Shown: in pieces, positions 1-8,600 of the stretch
How positions within the stretch are numbered: position 1 is the stretch's first letter
How the letters are laid out: every line of letters begins with the position of its first letter
NCBI GenBank assembly: GCA_030424955.1
Contig: JAUHVS010000001.1
Span: 1-44,461 of the forward strand
Reading direction: 5' to 3'
DNA: 44,461 nucleotides
DNA from: a bacterium
GTDB lineage: Bacteria > Myxococcota_A > Bradymonadia > UBA7976 > UBA1532
Notes under the pieces: model-generated
What the model saw: the letters and a program-made list of their open reading frames with translations, nothing else
What the model was told of the DNA's origin: nothing
The model's database searches: none
Made by a program: the position numbers and the translations under genes

Positions 1-420
1 CTGCCCCTCTTCGACCACGTACGGGCCGCCGTGGGCCACCGCCGGCGGCACGTTCGCCGCCGCGTCCACCGTGACCTGCACGGTGGTCGTCTTGGTCTGG
101 CCCGCGGAGTCCACCACCCGCAGCGTCGCGGTGTAGTTGCCGCGGCGCAGGTACTGGTGCTCAAAGGGCGCGTTGACGTCGTCGGTCTCGAAGTCGGGCT
201 GGGCGTTGTTGTCCCACCACAGGCCGTTGCTGGCGTCCACGTCCCACTGGAACGCGTCGATGGTGGCGCCGCCGTCGGGGTGGAAGGACGCGCTGTGGTC
301 GAAGGTCACCCGGCCCGCGTTGCCGCCCGAGCAGCCCTCGGTCACCCGGTTGGGCTGCACCGTCGCCAGGGGCACCGGCTTCGGGTTGAACACCGTGGGG
401 GTCAGCACCAGGCCACTCAT
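1..420. repeat. Near-identical segment shared by the two giant paralogs (copy in paralog B)
   Basis: Bases 1-126 are identical to 8547-8672. Hand alignment of the next ~300 nt shows roughly 20 mismatches and no indels. Further toward the 5' ends of the genes, similarity drops and indels appear. Confidence 0.85.
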
Positions 421-2301
421 GGCGGAGCCCATGAAGCCCGAGCCCCAGTTACAGGTCACCGAGGTGGTCTCGCAGTAGTCGTCGGTGACCATGCCGAAGG
501 TGCTGTAGCCCGCCATCGGGTCGTTGACGTTGACCGTCCGGTCCTGGGCGCGGATGTAGTAGGTGGTGTACATGCGGCGCCAGTCGTACGGGCCGACCCG
601 GGTCAGCTCAGGCTGGCCCGTCGCGTACCCCTTCTGGTTCGAGTACATGGTGTAGGTGTTGCCGCAGCGCGCCGTGGTGCCGTTGGCCCCGTTGCGGGCC
701 GTGCCCCACTGGTAGATGGCGTTGCGGTTCCCACACAGGTAGTCGCCGTGGGACCAGTTGCCGTCCAGCCAGCCGATGGAGCCGCGGACCTTGCGGGTCG
801 CGAAGGTGGCCGCCATGTAGCCGATGTGCTGGTTGTAGCTGTCGACGAGGATCTGGCGGGTCAGCGCCTGGCCACGGTTGTAGCCGGCGCGCAGATCGGC
901 AAAGCGATCCGGGACCGTTGCCGCGTCCTCGGGGAAGGGCACGCGGCCGTCACGGGCCATCGCGTGGCTGCCCATCATGCGGTGCGCGAGGATGGCGCCA
1001 CCGGTCATCTTCATGTCGGACGGGCGGCCGGCGCTGTCGTACGCCGCGCCGCCGTCGGTGTTCTGGTTCGCCAGGATCTGGAGGGCCACGCGGTACTTGT
1101 GGCGGTTGTTCACGAAGACGCCGTAGGGCTCGCCCACGACGGCCACGGACTCCAGGCCGACGAAGGCCCACTGGGTGGTCGAGAAGTCACCGTTGGAGCA
1201 GCTACCCGAGCCGTTGAAGGCCGTGTAGAACCAGCCGCCGGCGCCGCAGCCACCGTCGATCTGCATGTAGCCCATCCAGTCGGTCATCTCCTGGATGTAG
1301 CGCTCCCACAGCCAGCCGGTCGCGCCGCGCTGAATGGGCGTACCCGCCAGCGCCGGCAGCAGCGTGGCGATGCCACCCAGGTTCATGCCGGCCGGGTAGG
1401 TGTAGTTGTTGCCGTGCGAGGCGACACCGAAGTTGTCGGTGGTGTTGGGCAGGCGGTTCTCGGTCAGGGCCACGTAGGCCGCGCCGTTCCACCGGTAGCC
1501 GTGCTTGTTGCTCTCGTCCGCCCCGTTGATGCTGTTGCGGTAGTAGTAGCCCGTCAGCCAGTTCATGTAGCGGGTGACGGTCTCGGCGTAGGGATCCTCG
1601 TTCCAGCGCCGATCGTTCTCAGCCTCCCACCCGTTGGGCAGGTTGATGCCGTGCCGGTTGATGGTGTTCGGCGGGTACGCCGGCAGGTGGCCGTTGACCG
1701 TGAACTGCCACATGCTGAGGGGCGTCGCGTAGCTGTAGGGGTCTTGCGCCCGCATCGTCGAGGTGTCGCGCTCGGCGAACCCGTTCTGTACGCGGTGCGA
1801 GTACCACATGGCCTCTTGCACGGCCATCGAGGCCATGACCTCGATCTGCTCGTCGCTCCACAGCGTCGGATCGTTGCTCGGCCGCCAGTCGTAGATGAAC
1901 AGCCGGAAGGTGCCGAACTTGTCCTGGCCGTTACAGGTGTTTCGCACCCGCACGTTCAGGTTGTAGCTCTGGTCGCGGTCGACCACCGGCACCTTGAAGG
2001 TGCGGCCGATGTCACGCACCGCGCCGGTCGTGCCGTCACGGCTCACCCGGCGGGTCCAGTCGTTGTAGACGCCGTCTCGGTTGACGTCCCACGTGATGTC
2101 GTACGTGCCACAGGTGGCGTTGCGCACGATCCCCTTCAGGGTGATCTGGGCGTCCTCGTGCGCTGGATGTGGGATGTCCGTGTTCTTCTGAGAGAACGGG
2201 ACGATCATGACCTGATCCTGCTCTTGGGCATGGACCAGACCCGGCCAAGCGAGTGACGCGAATACCGCGGCACCCGCCAACAGGCGGACAAAGCTCTTCA
2301 T
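1..2301 (-). CDS. Giant secreted multi-PKD protein, paralog B (5' part only, 767 codons; 3' end lies beyond the left edge)
   Basis: Absent from the ORF track because it has no stop inside the window. Minus-strand ATG at 2301 gives MKSFVRLLAGAAVFASLAWPGLVHAQEQDQVMIVPFSQKNTDIPHPAHEDAQITLKG..., a signal peptide. The rest is collinear with the first ~760 aa of the 2661..10826 protein. The frame stays open to base 1 (2301 nt = 767 codons). Confidence 0.8.
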   Translation of the reverse strand, partial: MKSFVRLLAGAAVFASLAWPGLVHAQEQDQVMIVPFSQKNTDIPHPAHEDAQITLKGIVRNATCGTYDITWDVNRDGVYNDWTRRVSRDGTTGAVRDIGRTFKVPVVDRDQSYNLNVRVRNTCNGQDKFGTFRLFIYDWRPSNDPTLWSDEQIEVMASMAVQEAMWYSHRVQNGFAERDTSTMRAQDPYSYATPLSMWQFTVNGHLPAYPPNTINRHGINLPNGWEAENDRRWNEDPYAETVTRYMNWLTGYYYRNSINGADESNKHGYRWNGAAYVALTENRLPNTTDNFGVASHGNNYTYPAGMNLGGIATLLPALAGTPIQRGATGWLWERYIQEMTDWMGYMQIDGGCGAGGWFYTAFNGSGSCSNGDFSTTQWAFVGLESVAVVGEPYGVFVNNRHKYRVALQILANQNTDGGAAYDSAGRPSDMKMTGGAILAHRMMGSHAMARDGRVPFPEDAATVPDRFADLRAGYNRGQALTRQILVDSYNQHIGYMAATFATRKVRGSIGWLDGNWSHGDYLCGNRNAIYQWGTARNGANGTTARCGNTYTMYSNQKGYATGQPELTRVGPYDWRRMYTTYYIRAQDRTVNVNDPMAGYSTFGMVTDDYCETTSVTCNWGSGFMGSAMSGLVLTPTVFNPKPVPLATVQPNRVTEGCSGGNAGRVTFDHSASFHPDGGATIDAFQWDVDASNGLWWDNNAQPDFETDDVNAPFEHQYLRRGNYTATLRVVDSAGQTKTTTVQVTVDAAANVPPAVAHGGPYVVEEGQ

Positions 2302-2343
2302 GGGTTGTCGACCCCCCAAGGCGACTGGCGAAATAGCTCCTTC

Positions 2344-2372
2344 AAGGTAGCGGGCCGAGCGGTTCTGAACAA
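2344..2372 (-). promoter_or_regulatory. Candidate sigma70-type promoter of paralog B (-35 TTGTTC, 17-nt spacer, -10 TACCTT, read on the minus strand)
   Basis: Minus-strand TTGTTC = 2367-2372 and TACCTT = 2344-2349. It lies in the only AT-richer patch of the 359-nt intergenic region. A homologous arrangement sits upstream of paralog A (10864-10893). Confidence 0.3.
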
Positions 2373-2619
2373 TTCCACTCGGCACATGGAAATCTAGCGC
2401 CAGCGCACTTTTTCACAATTCGGTGTGTTTTCAGAAAGTTGTGACCGTGCGGCGCGCGCGGAGATCCGCCGAGCGGAGGCGCCTCGCCGGCCCCTGTGCG
2501 CGCAACTTGGCGCAAAGGCGGAACGACGAGGCAGCGCCAGTGTCAGGGATTGTGCGAGGTTTGCGCTTGTATACGCACACGGCCTTCAGGGCCGCGTATG
2601 CGCAGCGCACGTAGGGCTG

Positions 2620-2639
2620 CCCCCGGCGGGCGCCGGGGG
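2620..2639 (-). terminator. GC-rich hairpin 22 nt downstream of the stop of the 2661..10826 gene
   Basis: CCCCCGGC (2620-2627) pairs with GCCGGGGG (2632-2639): a perfect 8-bp stem with a 4-nt loop. There is no U-tract, so it is only a weak intrinsic-terminator candidate. Confidence 0.3.
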
Positions 2640-2660
2640 TCAGCTCAGCCCCGGGGGGGC

Positions 2661-5600
2661 TCAGGGGACGCGGACGGTGAAGCTGAACTCGCGGCCCAGG
2701 GTCGCGTCGTTCGTCTGCCGCGTGAACACGTCGATGCGGTAGTCGCCCGCCGCCGTGCCCGCCGGCCAGGACACCGTCACCGGCACCTGCACGGCCTCAC
2801 CCGGCGCCGCGTCGACGCCCGGCATGATGTCCACCATCCAGCCCTGGGGCGCCTGCCGCAGCGCAAGGCTCAGGTCCGCCGCGTCGCACGGCCCACGGCT
2901 CGCGTTGCGCATCGTCGCCACCAGCGCCATCGAGTCGTTCGCCACCGCCGGCCACATGCAGTTCGCCTCGTCACCCACCGGGCACAGCCCGCCGGTCACC
3001 GTCGGCGCCAGCTCGCGGCACACCAGCTCGTTGAGGCACTCCACGTCGCCATCGTACGGCGCGTTCGCCTCCGGATCCGCGCTCACCAGGCACTGGTCGT
3101 ACACCTGGATCAGCGTGCACTGACGATCCGGGTGCGCGTAGTAGCTCAGCGCCTGCGCGTCCTGGTCGTCGTCGACGAACTCCAGGCCCACCGCCTGCAC
3201 CTGCCGCGCCCGCTGCGCGATGGCCGTCCGCGCACCACACGCGAACTCCACGCGCTGGATCGACAGCTCGATGCGGAACTTCAGCGCCAGCACCAGGCAG
3301 CTCTGCCACTGACGGACCCACGCGCCGCTGTTCGCCGCCACGTCCAGGTCACGCACCAGCTGCGCCGCCTCCAGCTCCAGGTCCAACGCCTCGCGGTCCG
3401 TCACGCACCGCTCGTTCTCTTCGCAGTTCGGCCCCAGCAGCAGCCCCTGCAGCGCCAAGATGTTGTCCATCTTGTCCACCGCCGCCGCCACGTTCGCCGC
3501 CGCCGGCGCGCCCGCCTTCTGCGCGTACCCGTCCAGCTCGTTGCGCATCGCGGTCAGCGCCACCCCGAGCTCATCGGTGTTGATCCGGTTCGCCTCGGGA
3601 CGGATCGCCAGCGGATCCGCCAGGTTGGGCAGCGTGAAGTCGTTGAAGTCGTTGCACTGGTACGTGGAGTCCGCCAGCCAGTAGTACGCCTCGACCGCCT
3701 CGAAGAAGATGTCGTTGGCCACCCCCACCCGGTCGTTCGTGTTCAGGTCCGCACGGAACCCGGGCGCGTCGTACAGCGCCGCCACGTTGTCCAGGTGGTC
3801 CGTCGCCAGCTGGATGCTCGGGTGGTTGGCGTCGCGCGGATCGTCACCGTCCGCCAGGATCGCCGCCCGCATCCGCGTCATCTCGCGCTGCAGCTGCCGC
3901 GACAGGGCCCACAGCTCCCAGCCGTAGTCCGCCCCGGCGCCCTGCGCCTGCACCAGCTGCGCCACGATGGTCCGCAGCGCCATCAGCGTCACGCCGCGCT
4001 CGTCGTTGTCCTCACCCCACAGGCCCCGGTCCAGCGCCGCCCCGATGGGCGCCAGCTGGAACCGCGCGAACGCCGGGAAGCCCGGATCCGCCAGGTCGGC
4101 CTCGACCTTGTCCTGCGTCCACGCCAGCAGCTCGCGCAGCGTGATCTCGCGCACGTTGACCACGATGGCGTCCACCGAGCTCGAGTCGCCGTCCCGCACG
4201 GTCACCACCACGTTGTAGTCGCCCGCCGCGTCGAACTGGTGCTCCACCTCGGTCAGGTTGTTGCCCGAGTACTCCGGCACCCCGTCGCCATCCATGTCCC
4301 ACTCGATGCGGGTGATGGGATCGGACGCCGCGCCCGGCCGCGCGTCGATGGTGAAGGTCATCGGCGCCGTCTCGTAGGGGTCGGCCGGCGGGTTGATGCC
4401 GTCGATGATGGGATCCACGTCCCGCACCGCCACGGCCACCTGCACGGTCACGAAGCTGTCCTCGTCGTCCACCCGCAGGGTGACGGTGTACGCGCCGTTG
4501 TCCTCGTAGGTGTGCTCCGGCTGGGTCAGCCCCGCGCCGTTCACCGGCGGCGTGCCGTCGCCGAAGTCCCAGGTGTAGCGCGTGATGAGGTCCGCCGCCG
4601 AGCCCGGCTGCGTCGCCCGCGCGTCGAACTGCAGGGGGGTGCCCTGCGCCACCACGTACGGCCCGCCCGCGTCCGCGCTCGGATCCACGTCCAGCACCGT
4701 GACCCGGAACAGCGTCTGCCCCGTCGCGCCCAGGCTGTCGGTCACCCGCAGCACGCCCTGGAAGACCCCGTCTTCGTTGGTGTCAAAGGCCACCACGCCA
4801 CCCTCGGCGTCGAAGTTGCCGTCGGAGTCGTAGTCCCACTGGTAGCGCGCCACGTTGTCGCCCGCCTCGGGCGCCAGCGACTCGCTGCCGTCCAGCTGCA
4901 GCCCCGCGCCCTCGGTCACCACGTACGCGTTCGGCAGGTTCGGATCCGCGTTCGGGTGCCCCGCCGGGATCGCCACCGCCGTCGGCGCCGAGTTCACCGA
5001 GAAGTTCCGGATCTGGTTACGCGCCACGCCCGAGCAGTTCGCCACCGCCACGGTCATCGCGTAGTTGCCAGGCTGGTTCAGCAGCTGGCTCTCCGGGTAG
5101 TTGGCCGCCGCCCCGCCGTTGCGGGAGTAGCGCGCCGTCACGTTGCTCGCGCACGCCGCCGGCCCGATGACCTCCCACGACACCCGGGCCTGCGCCACCA
5201 GCGCGCCCTCGTCGACGCCGTTGATCTGCACCTCGACCGGCTGCGCCAGCAGGTACGTGCGCTCGGCCGAGCCCACGTTGCCGCAGGCGTCCGTCGCCGT
5301 CGCCCGCAGGGTCCGCCCGCAGCCGTCCTCGATGGTCTCGCGGTTCAGCGCCGGCGCGTTGTCCTGCGCGTCCACCGCGTTCACCACCGCCTCGGGCACC
5401 GCGTTCGGGTTGTAGCAGACCCCCTCCGCCAGGTTGTTCTGGATGCTCACCACCGGCGCCGTGCGGTCGAAGGTCAGCCGCCCGCCCGAGGTCACCTCGG
5501 ACTCGGCGTTCTGGCTGTTGCGCAGCGTCACCACCACCTCGTGGCGGCCCTCCGGCACGTTCGCCGAGTTCACCACCACCTGCAGCGGCACCGCGTTCCC

Positions 5601-8600
5601 GTTGTCCGGCGGATCGATCGCGCCCTGGCCGACCTCGATGCCGGCGATGGTCACCGTCGCCGTCAGCGGGTTGCCCGCGGGATCGCTCACGCTCAGGTCG
5701 ACCGTGAAGTTACCCGCGCCCAGGCAGGTGTTGGCCGCGTCGGCCCGCGGCGAGAGCATCTCGCCCACCGGCGGCGCCACGTCCAGCACCTCGACCTGCG
5801 CCTCACCCGGCGCGCTGCACGCCCCGGTCTGGTCACACACCACCAGCCGCACCGTGTCGACCGTGTTCACCCGCCAGTTCGCGTTGTTGTAGCGCACCGT
5901 CGCGCCCTCGAGGTCGGCCGGGTTGTCGTCGCGGCCGTAGCGCCCGTCGGCGTCCGTGTCCCACTTGTAGACCACCACCGCGTCGCACGGCGCGTTCGGG
6001 TCCAGCGACCCGCGCCCGTCCAGCGTCACGTCCGCGAACCCGCCCTGCACCGGGCCCGTCGTGTACGGGCCCCCGGCGTTCGCCACCGGCGGCTGGTTCT
6101 GCACGTCGATGACCACCACCACCTGCGTCGTGTCCGTGTGGTTCAGCCCGTCGGTGATCTGCAGCCCCGCCACGACCTGGATCTGGCCGTTCGCGTCCGG
6201 CTGCGCCACCGCGGCGCGCTGCACCACCGGGCCCTGCGCGTCGTCGTAGACCCCGTCGTTGTCGAGGTCCCACGCGTAGCTCACGATGCCGAAGCCCTGG
6301 TTGGCCGGCCCGAAGAACTCAGACCGCGCCGCCGAGAACTCCACCTGGTTGCCGCAGCCGGTCCGCGCCGGGTTCGCCGTCGCCACCGCCCGCGGGCCCG
6401 CCACAACGCGCAGCGTCGCCAGGCCGTTCGCGCTCACGCCGAACCGGTCCGTCACCGTCAGCCGCACGTCGTAGTTGCCCACGCCGGCCACGCCGGCCGC
6501 CTGCAGCTGCGCCCACGTCAGGTTCGCCTGCGCCCCGTTCGCGTTCACCGCCCCGTTCGCGCCGATGTCCCACGCGAAGCTCTGGATGCTGTCGCCGCAC
6601 GCCGCGTCCGGGTCGCTCGACCCCGCCGAGTTCAGCTGCACGCCCTCGCCCGCCACGATCACGTAGGGGCCCGCCACCTGGCCGTTCACGTCGCGGAACC
6701 CGCCCGCGTTCGGCACCGGCGCCCGGTTGCCCTGATCCACGTTGACGTCGATGGCCGTCGTGCCCTCGTTGCCGCGGGAGTCGGTCACCGTCAGCGCCAC
6801 GGTGTTCGCCTGGCCGAAGGTGAAGGCGTCGAACGCCCGCTGCACCGACTGCCCGTTGGCGTCCACCTGGCCGTCCCCGTCGAAGTCCCAGGCGTAGCCC
6901 ACGATGTCGATGGTCGGGTGCGGGTGGTTCGACGCGCTCGCGTCGAAGGTCACCCGCCCACCACAGGCCGCCGGGTTCGGGTTCGCGTCCACCAGCGCCA
7001 CCGGATCCACCGCGTGCACCCGCAGCGTCGCGGAGTCCTCGCTGGTCAGGTTGGTGATGTCCTGCACCTGCAGCCGCACCGTGTAGGTGCCGGGGCCGTT
7101 GATGCCCGCCGCGTTCAGCTCAGCCCACGTCACGGTCGCCCGCGCCGCGTTCGCCTGCTCCTGCGCGTTCGCCGCCTGCCGCGTGAGGTCGGCCTGGAAG
7201 CCGTCGTTCGCGTCGTAGGTCAGGTCCCACCGGAAGAACCGCAGGTAGTCGCCCGCCTGCGCCGAGTCCGGATCGCTCGACTGCCCGCCGTCCAGGGTCA
7301 GGTCCTCGCCCACCAGGATGTCGTAGCCCCGCTCCGGCGGATCGCTCGGATCCGCGTCCGCCGTCGGCGGCGTCGGCGGCACCGTCAGCACGATGTCGTA
7401 GCTGCCGATGTTCTGGCGGCCCGTCTCGTCGGTCACCCGCAGCCGCACCGTGAAGGTGGGCAGCGCGCCCGGCTGGCGCTGGTTCTCGGGCACCACCCGC
7501 TGGAAGTCGGTCACCGGCCGGTCAGCCGTCTCGAAGGTGCCGTCGTTGTCGAGGTCCCAGTCGTAGCGCACGATGCTCACGTTGGGCACCGGCGAGCTCG
7601 ACTCGCGGCCATCCAGCGTCACCTGCATCAGCCCGTTGTCGAGCCGCACCGACGCCGGGTTCGGGTTCTGCACCACCACCACCTCGGGCAGCGCCTCGTA
7701 CAGCGTCACCGTCACGTCCACCGTCGCCGACACGCCGAACTCGTCGGTCACCCGCAGCGTCACCCGGTTCGTCGGCAGCCCCGTCACCGGATCCGCCAGC
7801 CGCAGCCCCGCCGCGATCAGCGCGTTCCACGCCACGGTGGGGTTGGGGGTGTTGGGGATGTCGGCCGCGTCGCCGAAGGCGCCGTTGCCGTTGAGGTCCC
7901 AGGCGTAGGTCACGATGGAGTCGCCGCAGTTGGCGTTCGGCTCGCTCGAGCCCCGGCCGTCCAGCGCCAGCGCGTCGCCCTCGAGCACCGTGATGGCGTT
8001 GCGCGCCACCCGGGCCACCGGGGGCTGGTTGCCCTGGCTGATGTCCACCACGAAGGTCGTCTCGTCCGTCCGCCCCAGATCGTCGGTCACCCGCAGCCGC
8101 GCCGTGTACTGGCCGAACTGCTGGTACGCGAAGCGGAAGATCTGACCCGAGCCGTCGAAGTTGCCGTCGTTGTCCACATCCCAGTCGTACTGAGCGATGG
8201 ACCGCGCCGGGTTCGGGTGCGCCGACGCCGAGCCGTCAAAGGTCACCTCGGCCCGGCACGCCGCCGGGTTCGGGTTCGCGCGGCCGCTCGCCACCGGCTC
8301 GCTGGGGTAGATGGTCAGCGTGGTCTCGGCCGTCACCACCGCGCCCGCCGTGTCCCGCGCCCGCACGAAGATGCGGTTGGGGTTGCCCGCCCCGCGGGGC
8401 AGCCCCGCCAGCAGCGCCCAGCCCACGTTCGGGCTCGCGCCCGCCGCGTCGTTGAAGTCGTTGTCGCCGTCCAGCTCCCACGACACCGTCAGCCGATCGC
8501 CGCAGCCCAGGTTCTGGTCCGTCGCGTTGGCCGCCAGCTGCACCCCCTGCCCCTCTTCGACCACGTACGGGCCGCCGTGGGCCACCGCCGGCGGCACGTT

